From: Myxococcales bacterium
GTDB lineage: Bacteria > Myxococcota > Myxococcia > Myxococcales > Anaeromyxobacteraceae
Direction: 5' to 3'
DNA: 60,239 nucleotides
Assembly (NCBI GenBank): GCA_038320275.1
Contig: JBBQEB010000004.1
Span: forward strand, 1 to 60,239
Shown: positions 39,519-48,497 of the stretch, piece after piece
How the letters are laid out: each line of letters opens with the position of its first letter
Numbering within the stretch: position 1 is the stretch's first letter
Position numbers and translations under genes: made by a program
The notes under the pieces: generated by a model
What the model was told of the DNA's origin: nothing
Seen by the model: only the letters and a program-made list of their open reading frames with translations
Database searches by the model: none

Positions 39519-40625
39519 ATGCACAAGCCTCTCGCGCTCACCACCACCGCGCTGCTGGCCGCCCTCGCGGCGGGCCCAGCCACCGCGCGGGCGGATCGTG
39601 CTGCCCGGAGCAGCCTCGCCGACGAGCTCGGGTTCGCGGCGGGCCCGGCCACCGCCTCGGGCGCGCGGGCCGGGCAGCTCTTCGACACCCTCGACGCGGA
39701 GCTCGGGCTGACCGACAGCTGGACTCTCACGCTGGGAGCTTCCGCGACGCTGCTCGCGCCGACCGCCCCGGACCGCCCGCGCGCGTTCGGGGACAGCGGC
39801 GGCTCGGTCTTCCTCTTCTCTGGGGGCGTGGATTGGGACCCCGGCACGCACGTGCACGCGAGCGCCCAGCTCTCTGCGTCGCCCTCATCGACCCTGCTCG
39901 CCGACGCCGGGGTCCCCTTCCAGCGCTCCGCCACGGGCAAGCTCGTGCGCGCCGACACGCTCGTTGCCTCCACCACGAGCTCCCTCGGCGGCACGCTCTC
40001 GGTGGCGTATGACACCGCCTCTGGAGGTCGCTTCGACACCCTCGTCCTGGGGGAGGTGGCCGCCACCGGCTTCGGAGTCTCGCAGCGCGTGGACGAGCTC
40101 CACGCCACGGACGGCTCCGTGCTCACCTCGGCCGAGCTCCGGACGTACTGCGCGGCCCACGCGTGCGCGAAGCAGCTTCGCAGCCTGCTCGGCACGCAGA
40201 GCCAGAGCCTCGAGCAGACCGTGCTCACGGTAGAGGCGGTGGAGACCTTCGGCCGGGACACCGACCTCGGCCTTTCGGCCAGTGCCTACCTCTACGACCA
40301 CGACCCCACCAACGCCGGCTTCTTCAGCCTGATCGTCGCCGGCCGCCGATCGACCTCGGGCGGCTCGCCCATCGCGCCCAGCCTGTGGAGCCTGCGCCCG
40401 AGCGTGGCCCAGCGGCTCGGTCCCGTCCGGCTGCGCGCGTGGTTCGAGCGCGACGCGTACGTCGCTGGCGAAGGACACTCCAACATCGTGGGGCTGCGGG
40501 CCGAGCTGCGCGTGGCGCACCGCTTTCGCGTCTGGCTCTCCCTCGTCGGGGAGCGCGACGTCGATGGCCAGGGCAACACCTCGCCCTTCGCCTCCACAAG
40601 CCTCGGGGCGCGCTACGAGCTGTAG
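39519..40625 (+). CDS. Exported protein, probable outer-membrane beta-barrel
   Basis: Signal peptide ending ARA; alternating beta-strand patterns; C-terminal LGARYEL. Confidence 0.6.
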   Translation: MHKPLALTTTALLAALAAGPATARADRAARSSLADELGFAAGPATASGARAGQLFDTLDAELGLTDSWTLTLGASATLLAPTAPDRPRAFGDSGGSVFLFSGGVDWDPGTHVHASAQLSASPSSTLLADAGVPFQRSATGKLVRADTLVASTTSSLGGTLSVAYDTASGGRFDTLVLGEVAATGFGVSQRVDELHATDGSVLTSAELRTYCAAHACAKQLRSLLGTQSQSLEQTVLTVEAVETFGRDTDLGLSASAYLYDHDPTNAGFFSLIVAGRRSTSGGSPIAPSLWSLRPSVAQRLGPVRLRAWFERDAYVAGEGHSNIVGLRAELRVAHRFRVWLSLVGERDVDGQGNTSPFASTSLGARYEL

Positions 40626-40678
40626 CCGCCGGATCGCTTGACGCGGGCCCGGCTTCGCGGCACAAAGCGGGAGGTTTC

Positions 40679-40754
40679 GCGGGAATAGCTCAGTTGGTAG
40701 AGCATCAGCTTCCCAAGCTGAGGGTCGCCGGTTCGAATCCGGTTTCCCGCTCCA
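40679..40754 (+). tRNA. tRNA-Gly (CCC)
   Basis: 76-nt cloverleaf GCGGGAA...TTCCCGCTCCA; anticodon arm TCAGC-TTCCCAA-GCTGA; GTTCGAATC T-loop; encoded CCA. Confidence 0.97.
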
Positions 40755-40765
40755 GATTCCGAAGT

Positions 40766-40808
40766 GACGACGAGGGCTTCCAGGGTGACCTGGGGGTCCT
40801 GCGTCGTG
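40766..40808. terminator. Hairpin downstream of tRNA-Gly, between convergent genes
   Basis: ACGACG..CCAGG-GTGA-CCTGG..CGTCGT imperfect stem; no U-tract. Confidence 0.4.
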
Positions 40809-40831
40809 GGTTCGGTCCGGAAAAGGGACGT

Positions 40832-42085
40832 TTACCGACGAGGGTTCCCCGCCGCGGTTCCTTCACGGAGACGCGGTTCCTTCATGGAGACAAGGATGGG
40901 TAACTGCCTCGCAGGCGCCACGGGCCACGCCTCGACTCGGCTGGAGACACCTGCCGGCTCGGCGGCCAGCCTCGCCTCGAACAGGTCGAAGATGTCCTGC
41001 ACGGAGGGAAGGACCTGCGCTGACACTTCTCGAATGCGCGTCACGCTCTGGCCCGTGTAGAAAAGACCGTTCTCCACGTCGCCCTTGATGGCAGCGGCAA
41101 GGAGCGCATCGGTGATGCAGAAGCTCTCCTGGTAGTTGCTCGCGCGGCAGAGGCAGACGTTCGCCGCCAGGCACTCGACGCACGCCTTCCTGCGGCCGAA
41201 GAAGCCCTCTTGGCCGAAGAACCAGGCTTTCGAGCGGGGAGGGAACACTTTCCCTGCCGCAAGCGCGTCCGTGAACGGGTTGCGCACCGCGCGCGCGTTC
41301 ATTCCCTTCACGCAGCTCTTGATGAGCGTGACGTCGCCCTCGCTCTTGCCGAGGTGCACCTGCTTGAAGTTGGGGTGCACGTCGCCGTCGGAGCAGGCGA
41401 GGAACCGCGTCGCGAGCTGCGCGCCCGCGGCGCCCGCGGCGAAGAGCGCGGGCAGGTCCTCCATGTCGATGCCACCCGCGGCGACGACGGGGAGCGTCGT
41501 ATGTGCCAGCACGTCCCGCAGCAACTCGGGAAGCGGGTGGTCGATGTCACCGATGTGGCCGCCGGCTTCGGCACCTTCTGCGACCAGGAGCTCTGCGCCC
41601 CACTTCTCGTACATGCTCGCCAGCCGGCCCGACGAGACGATGCCGGCGAAGGGGACGTCCGCCTCACGGCACTGCTTCACCACGTCGCGCGAAATGCCCG
41701 CGCCCTGCACGATGAAGGAGACGCCCTCGTCGAAGGAGATGCGAAGGAGCTCGTTGAAATCGAGGTGATTGATGGCCGCCATCAGGTTCAGGCCGATGAA
41801 CCCGCCGGGCGCCTCCGTTCGGGCGCGCCGGATCTCGGCGCGCAGCAGCTTCTCGCTCTTCAGCACGCCGGAGATGGTCCCGACGCCGACGAGGCGAGGC
41901 CCGCTCATGGCCGCCACCTTGCCGGCCAGACCATCCGAAGCGTGAATCCCCATCGCACCCTGCACGAGCAGGCGCCTTCCCGATCGCACGATGCGCTCGA
42001 TGGCCGCACGGTCGAGCTTGGGCGCGCGCCCAGGCATCGCTTCCAGCGACGTGACGTTCGATTCACTGCTCGCGGCGTGGTTCAT
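40832..42085 (-). CDS. Nitronate monooxygenase-family FMN enzyme with Cys-rich insert (FabK/FabX-like)
   Basis: VQGAMG, EGAEAGGHIG, VAAGGI, QLATRF; CVECLAANVCLC...FCI. Confidence 0.8.
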   Translation of the reverse strand: MNHAASSESNVTSLEAMPGRAPKLDRAAIERIVRSGRRLLVQGAMGIHASDGLAGKVAAMSGPRLVGVGTISGVLKSEKLLRAEIRRARTEAPGGFIGLNLMAAINHLDFNELLRISFDEGVSFIVQGAGISRDVVKQCREADVPFAGIVSSGRLASMYEKWGAELLVAEGAEAGGHIGDIDHPLPELLRDVLAHTTLPVVAAGGIDMEDLPALFAAGAAGAQLATRFLACSDGDVHPNFKQVHLGKSEGDVTLIKSCVKGMNARAVRNPFTDALAAGKVFPPRSKAWFFGQEGFFGRRKACVECLAANVCLCRASNYQESFCITDALLAAAIKGDVENGLFYTGQSVTRIREVSAQVLPSVQDIFDLFEARLAAEPAGVSSRVEAWPVAPARQLPILVSMKEPRLREGTAAGNPRR

Positions 42086-42661
42086 GTCTTCTCCAGCTTG
42101 ATCCGGACGGGCCGGACAGCGGGGGGCCGCAGCCGGTCACTGCGCAGTCACGGGGGGGGGCGAGCGCACGAAGCCTTGTCCGCTCCGTAACCAGTCCGGC
42201 GTGGGTGAATGGGATCGAGGTGGCGCAGGCGCGAGAAGGATGACTCCAACGGATCCCAAGCGGCTCCCCTCTCGCGCGGGCGGAGGTCTCTCCGGTCCGA
42301 GATCAACCTACGGAGCCTCGAGCACATCGGCCGAGGGCAGGAAGGGGTGCGGTCGGTTGTCGCGGGCACACGGACCACGATGGTCGCCGCTCGTTCGCCT
42401 GCTCTCCACCGAGCGCGCGGCGGCACGTCGCCTCGACACGTTCGACGACGTTCGCGAAGTGCGGCTCCGTGAGCCCGCGGACAGCGCAGGCGACGTTTTG
42501 GAGTGTTCGGGGCCGCGCCCACTCGCAGGCGGCGAGCGCGCGGGGACACGTGATGCCCTCGTGCGGTACGATCACCGAACGATGCCGTGGATCCTCGGCG
42601 CGGCGCTGCTGATGCCCGGAATCGAGATCGCTCCGACCGGCCTGCCGCCGTCGAGCGATCC

Positions 42662-43372
42662 ATGAGCCACCAGGTCCTCGCGGCGCTCGCCGCCACGGTG
42701 GCGTTCGGGGCCCTCGTGCAGGGAAGCGCCGGCCTGGGCTTCGCGCTCATCACCGCCCCGGTCGCAGCGCTGATGTTCCCCGAGCTCCTCCCGGCGGGCC
42801 TCCTCCTCCTCATGCTCCCCCTGAACGCGTACGTCGCCTGGCGGGAGCGCGCCTCGCTCGACCGCCACGGCGCCGCCTGGATCACCGGAGGACGCGCCGC
42901 CGGGACGGCGGGCGGGCTGGGCCTGCTCGCCGCGTTGCCGGCGGGACGGCTCGCGGCAACCGTGGCCATCACCACCATCGCCGCCGTACTGGCGACGGTC
43001 GCCGCGCCGTCCTTCCGGCCGGGGCGGAAGGCGTTCGCGATCGCGGGCCTGGTGACGGGCGTCCTGGAGACGGCGACGGGCGTCGGGGGCCCCCCGCTCG
43101 CGCTCGTGTACCAGCACCACCCCGGCCCGACGCTCCGCTCCACCCTCGCGGTCTGCTTCCTCGTGGGCGAGGTGATGTCCCTCGCCCTCCTCTCGGCCAC
43201 CGGCCGGGTGAGCGCGGAGGCGGTGCGCGCAGCCTTCCTCCTCGCCCCCGCGCTCGCCGCGGGCGCGGCGCTGAGCCGCGGCCTTCACCAGCGGCTCGAC
43301 GGACGGCTGCTGCGCGCTGCGGTGCTCCTCCTGGCGCTCGCGTCGGCGGCGGCGGTGCTCCTGCGGCGGTGA
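42662..43372 (+). CDS. TauE/SafE family (TSUP) membrane exporter
   Basis: QGSAGLGFAL, TGVGGPPL; very hydrophobic. Confidence 0.82.
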   Translation: MSHQVLAALAATVAFGALVQGSAGLGFALITAPVAALMFPELLPAGLLLLMLPLNAYVAWRERASLDRHGAAWITGGRAAGTAGGLGLLAALPAGRLAATVAITTIAAVLATVAAPSFRPGRKAFAIAGLVTGVLETATGVGGPPLALVYQHHPGPTLRSTLAVCFLVGEVMSLALLSATGRVSAEAVRAAFLLAPALAAGAALSRGLHQRLDGRLLRAAVLLLALASAAAVLLRR

Positions 43373-43400
43373 GCCCGGGCCGCGCCCCGAAGCGCGGGGC

Positions 43401-44234
43401 TCAGCCCGCCAGGAACTCCAGCAGCGCCTTGTTGACCTCCGCCGCGTGCGACACGTTGAAACCGTGTGGCCCGCCCTTCACCACGTGGAGCCGGCTGCCC
43501 GGCACCGCCTCGTGCGTGCGCGCGCCGCTCACCTCCAGCGGGACGATGGCGTCCGCGTCGCCGTGCATCACGAGCGTGGGCAGCTTCAGCTTGGCCAGGT
43601 CGGCGCGGAAGTCGGTGCGGGAGAACGCGCCGATGCAGTCGAGCGTCCCCTTGGGCGAGGCGAACGCCGCGAGGTCACGCGCGTACCGGCGCTGGGCTTC
43701 GCTCACCATGAGCTTGCCGCCAGCGCTGAAGAAGTTGGTGGTGAACCCTTCCAGGAAGGCCGGGCGGTCGGACCTGACGCCCTCCTCCAGGCCCGCGATG
43801 GCCGCGTCGTCGATGCCGCCTCCGGGGTTGCCGGCGGTCTTGTAGAGCCAGGGGGTGACCGCTCCCGCGAACACCACCCGGGCCACGCGCTCCGTGCCGT
43901 ACCTGCCGACGTAGCGCGCCACCTCGCCCCCACCCATTGAGAAGCCCACCAGCGTGGCGGCCTTCAGGTCGAGCTGGGTCATGAGGCCGTGCAGGTCGGC
44001 CGCCAAGGTGTCGTAGTCGTAGCCCGACCACGGCTGCGACGAGAGTCCGAAGCCCCGGCGGTCGTAGGTCACCACGCGGTGGCCGGCGGAGACCAGCGCG
44101 GGCACCTGGGCCTCCCAGGCGCGCCCGCTGAGCGGCCATCCATGGATCAGCACCACCGGCTTGCCGCTCCCGTATTCCTCGTAGTGGATCTTCACCGGAC
44201 CGCGCGAATCGCTGGCGACGTCGAGCATCGGCAT
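43401..44234 (-). CDS. Alpha/beta hydrolase (non-heme haloperoxidase/arylesterase family)
   Basis: HGWPLS, YDRRGFG, GFSMGG, HGDAD, GPHG. Confidence 0.9.
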   Translation of the reverse strand: MPMLDVASDSRGPVKIHYEEYGSGKPVVLIHGWPLSGRAWEAQVPALVSAGHRVVTYDRRGFGLSSQPWSGYDYDTLAADLHGLMTQLDLKAATLVGFSMGGGEVARYVGRYGTERVARVVFAGAVTPWLYKTAGNPGGGIDDAAIAGLEEGVRSDRPAFLEGFTTNFFSAGGKLMVSEAQRRYARDLAAFASPKGTLDCIGAFSRTDFRADLAKLKLPTLVMHGDADAIVPLEVSGARTHEAVPGSRLHVVKGGPHGFNVSHAAEVNKALLEFLAG

Positions 44235-44437
44235 GTGGACCTCCCGTGTGACAGGTGTGGGTCCTCGATCTCATGCGGAACTTCGTCCGGGGCAACGGGC
44301 GAGGACACAGGGAGATCGACTTGCGCGACCTCGGCGTTTCCGTGAAGGCCTGCTCACCCGGCCGTATGGACCGCGGCGAAGCCGGATGGAGCGCTAGCGC
44401 GCGGTCGCGGCGTGGACTTCGTTCCCTGGAGAACAGG

Positions 44438-45178
44438 ATGATCGACGCCGAGGAACTGGACATCCCGACCACGGACGGGACCGCACATGCGTTCGTGTAC
44501 GGGGGCGGATTGGGCAAGCGGCCCGGCGTGCTCCTCTACACCGACGCGTTCGGGGTGCGCCCGGCGGTGCAGGAGATGGCGAGCCGCCTGGCCGGGCTCG
44601 GCTACCTCGTGCTCCTGCCCGACATCTTCTACCGAGCCGGTGCGTACGCCCCGTTCGACGCGAGGACCGTGTGGAGCACGCCCCCCGAGCGCGACCGGCT
44701 CATGGCGCTCATCCACTCCGTCACCCCGGAGCGCGCCGCGATCGACGGCGGTGCCTACCTCGCTGCCCTGGCCTCGCGCTCCGACGTCCTCCCCGATCGC
44801 ATCGCCGCCCTGGGCTACTGCATGGGCGGGCGCCTGGCCTTCCTCGCCGCGGGCCAGCATCCGGGCCAGGTCCGCGCGGCTGCCCTCTTCCACGCCGGCG
44901 GGCTCGTTTCGGACGGACCGGCGAGCCCGCACCTTCTCGCGAGCCGGGTGGAGGCCGCGCTCTACCTCGGCGTGGCGGACGCCGACGCGAGTTGTACCCC
45001 GGCGCACCAGGGCACCCTCGCCGAGGCTCTCGGCGCGGCGCACCTCGATTACCGCCTGGAGCTCTACCCCGGAAAGAAGCACGGGTTCGCAGTGCTGGAC
45101 AGCCCGGTCCACGATGGCGACGCCTCCGAGCGGCACTGGCGGCGGGTCGAGGTCTTCTTCCGGGAGGCGCTCGCATAG
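44438..45178 (+). CDS. Dienelactone hydrolase family protein
   Basis: DAFGVRP, GYCMGG nucleophile motif, HGF. Confidence 0.9.
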   Translation: MIDAEELDIPTTDGTAHAFVYGGGLGKRPGVLLYTDAFGVRPAVQEMASRLAGLGYLVLLPDIFYRAGAYAPFDARTVWSTPPERDRLMALIHSVTPERAAIDGGAYLAALASRSDVLPDRIAALGYCMGGRLAFLAAGQHPGQVRAAALFHAGGLVSDGPASPHLLASRVEAALYLGVADADASCTPAHQGTLAEALGAAHLDYRLELYPGKKHGFAVLDSPVHDGDASERHWRRVEVFFREALA

Positions 45179-45250
45179 GCTGGGGCGCCCCTCCCTCGGG
45201 GCGGCCGGTCCCCGCCATCGTGTCGAAACGTGTCGCCGGCCCTCTCGCGC

Positions 45251-45304
45251 TTGACGGGCGGCTGGCGCTGGCGTACTTGCGGGGGCAACGGTTGCCCATG
45301 CAAG
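45251..45304 (+). promoter_or_regulatory. Promoter (TTGACG-17 nt-TACTTG) with overlapping palindromic MarR operator
   Basis: CTTGCggGGGCAAC-G-GTTGCCCatGCAAG (45276-45304) overlaps the -10 box and the marR ATG. Confidence 0.65.
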
Positions 45305-45747
45305 AATACCTCGGTCTCCTCATCGCCGTCGCCCGGCGGCGCATCAAGCAGGCGGTGATGTCGGAGGCGGCTCCGCACGGCCTCGCTCCACAGCAATTCT
45401 GGACGCTGGTGGCGCTCCACGAACGGCCCGGACTCTCGCAGGCGGAGCTGGTGGAGCTCGTGCGCGCCGACGCGCCCACCATGTCCCGCGCCATCGCAGC
45501 GCTGAAGAGCCGCAAGCTCCTGCGCCTGGAGCCCGATCCCACCGACCGCCGGCGGTCGCGCGTGTTCCTCACGGCGGGCGGCGAGCGGCTCGCGCGAGAG
45601 GTGGTGCCCGTCGCGACGGGCATCCGCGAGGCGGTGGTCTCCGGCATGAGCGCAGCGGAGGTGGCGGCGATGCGCCGCGGGCTCCTGCGCGTGATCGCGA
45701 GCCTCGATGCCTACGGCGAGCGGCCGCGAAGGGGAGTGCGCGCGTGA
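45298..45747 (+). CDS. MarR family transcriptional regulator
   Basis: wHTH with DPTDRRRSRVFLT wing motif. Confidence 0.9.
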   Translation: MQEYLGLLIAVARRRIKQAVMSEAAPHGLAPQQFWTLVALHERPGLSQAELVELVRADAPTMSRAIAALKSRKLLRLEPDPTDRRRSRVFLTAGGERLAREVVPVATGIREAVVSGMSAAEVAAMRRGLLRVIASLDAYGERPRRGVRA

Positions 45748-47165
45748 CCACGAGACGTCCCATTCTGCTCTCCGCCTCGCCGGTCGCCCTGGTGGTGCTC
45801 CTCGCCGCCGGAGCGGTCGCGGCCGAGCCCCCGGCGCCGCAGCCATCGTCGCCACCGCCGGCGCAGCCTAGCGCGACGGCGGGCTCGGTCCCTGCCGCCG
45901 CGCGGCCCGCCCGCGTGATCGCGCTGGCCGAGTTCCTGCGCGCTGCCCGCGAGCGCCAGCCGCAGTTCATGCAGGCGCGCGCGGTCGCCGAGGCCGCCGG
46001 CGCCCGCGCCGACGAGGCACGCGCCCCGCTCCTGCCTCAGCTCTACGCCTCGGCGTCGTACCAGCGCGGCACCGAGAACTTCGTGGCGCGGCCAGGCGCC
46101 CTGCCCAGCACCACGCGCGTCGCCACCGGGACGAGTTGGGCCTCGGCCAACTACTGGACGTCGGGGGTGACCCTTTCCCAGCTCCTGTGGGATTTCGGCC
46201 AGACCTCCGGGCGCTGGGCAGCGGCCCGCGCCACGGCGCAGTCGCAGCGCTCGTCGGAGCGCGCCACCCTCGCGCAGATCCTCCAGAACGTGCGGACCGG
46301 CTACTTCGCGGCGCGGGCCGGCAGGGACCTCGTCGGCGTCTCGCGCGAGAACCTCGCCAACCAGGAGGCGCACCTCCGGCAGATCGAGGGCTTCGTCCGG
46401 ATCGGCACGAGGCCCGAGGTGGACCTCGCGCAGGCGCGCACCGATCACGCCAACGCCGAGGTGCAGCTCATCCAGCAGGAGAACACCTACGAGACCGCCA
46501 AGGCCCAGCTCAACCTGGCCTCGGGAATCGAAGGGTCCACCGACTACGAGGTGTCGGACGAGGTGCTGGCGCCCATCGACGTGGAGGACCGGCTCATCGA
46601 GCCGCTCCTCGCCGAGGCCACCCGGAACCGTCCCGACCTCGCCGCGCTGGAGGAGGCCCGCAGGGCCCAGGAGCTGCTGGTGCGCTCGGTGCGAGGGGCA
46701 TACGGCCCCTCCTTCGGCGTGTCCTTGGGCGTCACCGACGCGGGGCCGGCCTTCGACTCCACGGTGTGGAACTGGAGCGCGACCGCCACGGTGAGCTGGA
46801 ACATCTTCCAGGGAGGCCTCACCCGCGCCCAGGAGCGTGAAGCCCGCGCGAACCTCGCTTCCGCGGAGGCGCAGCGCCTCTCCCTCTCGCAGCAGATCAG
46901 GCTCGACCTCGAGCAGGCGCGGCTCTCGGTGCGCGCGTCCAAGGCTTCGCTGGGGGCAGCGGCCGAAGCGCTGGTGAACGGCCGCGAGCGGCTGCGCCTC
47001 GCCGAGGGGCGCTACCAGGCGGGCGTGGGCAGCGCCATCGAGCTGGGCGATGCCCAGGTAGCGCTGACGGCCGCGGCCGCCCAGCGGGTGCAGGCCGAAT
47101 ACAACCTGTCCACCTCGCGCGCGCAGCTCCTGCGCGCGCTCGGTCGGGACCTCCCGGAGAGCTAG
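45744..47165 (+). CDS. TolC-family outer membrane efflux protein
   Basis: Signal peptide; two OEP repeats; RYQAGVGSAIEL. Confidence 0.9.
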   Translation: MTTRRPILLSASPVALVVLLAAGAVAAEPPAPQPSSPPPAQPSATAGSVPAAARPARVIALAEFLRAARERQPQFMQARAVAEAAGARADEARAPLLPQLYASASYQRGTENFVARPGALPSTTRVATGTSWASANYWTSGVTLSQLLWDFGQTSGRWAAARATAQSQRSSERATLAQILQNVRTGYFAARAGRDLVGVSRENLANQEAHLRQIEGFVRIGTRPEVDLAQARTDHANAEVQLIQQENTYETAKAQLNLASGIEGSTDYEVSDEVLAPIDVEDRLIEPLLAEATRNRPDLAALEEARRAQELLVRSVRGAYGPSFGVSLGVTDAGPAFDSTVWNWSATATVSWNIFQGGLTRAQEREARANLASAEAQRLSLSQQIRLDLEQARLSVRASKASLGAAAEALVNGRERLRLAEGRYQAGVGSAIELGDAQVALTAAAAQRVQAEYNLSTSRAQLLRALGRDLPES

Positions 47166-47171
47166 AGAGCG

Positions 47172-48497
47172 ATGCGTCGACGCAACGGATTGTGGCTGGC
47201 TCTCCTGGGCCTGGCCTTGCTGGTGGCGTTCTTCGTCTACCGCTCCCGCTCCGCCAAGGGAGACGCGGCGGCGGCTGCCAAGGCTGCCGACCCCCAGGCG
47301 CGCGTGGTGCCGGTCCTGGCCATCCCGGCGGCGCGGCGGGACGTGCCCATCACGCTGGAGGGGCTGGGCACCGCGACCGCCTTCCAGACCGTCACCGTGA
47401 AGACCCAGGTGGACGGCCGCCTCGATGCCCTGCTCTTCCGGGAGGGACAGGCCGTGAAGAAGGGCGACGTGTTGGCCCAGATCGACCCTCGCCCCTACCT
47501 CATCCAGCTCCATCAGGCCGAGGGCGCGCTGGCCCGCGACGAGGCCCAGCTCCGGAACGCCAACCTCAACCTGAAGCGCTTCCGGGACCTCGGGGCGCAG
47601 AAGCTCGTGGCCCAGCAGCAGGTGGACGATGCCATGGCCGCGGCCGCCCAGCTCGAGGCCACTGCGCGGGTCGACCGGGCCGCCATCGAGAGCGCGAAGC
47701 TCAACCTCGAGTATGCGCGCATCCGCGCCCCGGTGGACGGGGTCACCGGGATCCGCAACGTGGACGTGGGCAACCTCGTCCGGCAGTCGGATGCGAACGG
47801 CATCGTGGTGCTGACGCAGCTCGACCCCATCGCCGTGATCTTCACCCTGCCTCAGGACGAGCTGCAGGCCGTGGCGCGCGCGCGCGCGCGCGGACCGCTC
47901 GGGGTGGAGGTCACCAGCCGGAGCGGCGAGCCGCTGGGCAAGGGTGAGCTCCTGGTGGTGGACAACCAGATCAACCAGGCCACCGCCACCATGCGCCTCA
48001 AGGCGATGGTCCCGAACCCGCAGAGCCTCCTCTGGCCAAACCAGTTCGTGAACGTGCGGCTCCGGCTCGACACGCGGAAGGGCGCGCTGGCGCTCCCCGC
48101 CACCGCGATCCAGCGCGGCCCGAGCGGAACCTTCGTGTACGTGGTCGGGAGCGACATGACCGCGGCCATCCGCCCGGTGGAGATCGAACTCACCCAGGGT
48201 GACGTGGTGGTCCTCTCGAAGGGCGTGGCCGAGGGAGAGCGCGTGGTGGTCGACGGGCAGAACCAGCTCCGGCCGGGCGCCAAGGTGTCCCTGCGCGAGC
48301 CGCGCGGGCCGGGGGCGGGTCAGGCGCCGGGGCCAGGTCAGGCGCAGGGCTCGTCTCGCACGCAGGGTCCGGGCCCGGCGCCGGGCCAAGGTCAGCCCCA
48401 GGGCGGCCGGCCCGGAGCGCCGGGCGAGGCGCAGGGCCAGCCCCCTGGGAGGCCGGGAGGGGCCGCCGGTCCCCCGGCGGGCGCGAGAGCTCCGTGA
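47172..48497 (+). CDS. mdtA: RND periplasmic adaptor subunit, MdtA-like
   Basis: VDGRL..L.FREGQ.VKKG, IDPRPY, VDNQI, LWPNQFVN; P/G/Q-rich tail. Confidence 0.85.
   Translation: MRRRNGLWLALLGLALLVAFFVYRSRSAKGDAAAAAKAADPQARVVPVLAIPAARRDVPITLEGLGTATAFQTVTVKTQVDGRLDALLFREGQAVKKGDVLAQIDPRPYLIQLHQAEGALARDEAQLRNANLNLKRFRDLGAQKLVAQQQVDDAMAAAAQLEATARVDRAAIESAKLNLEYARIRAPVDGVTGIRNVDVGNLVRQSDANGIVVLTQLDPIAVIFTLPQDELQAVARARARGPLGVEVTSRSGEPLGKGELLVVDNQINQATATMRLKAMVPNPQSLLWPNQFVNVRLRLDTRKGALALPATAIQRGPSGTFVYVVGSDMTAAIRPVEIELTQGDVVVLSKGVAEGERVVVDGQNQLRPGAKVSLREPRGPGAGQAPGPGQAQGSSRTQGPGPAPGQGQPQGGRPGAPGEAQGQPPGRPGGAAGPPAGARAP

Noticed and set aside
42270..42300. Glycine riboswitch-like GGAGAGACC on the minus strand
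   Set aside because: The downstream CCGAAG and CTCTCAGG core elements are missing.
40679..45178. Genomic island integrated at tRNA-Gly
   Set aside because: No integrase and no duplicated tRNA 3' end seen in the window.
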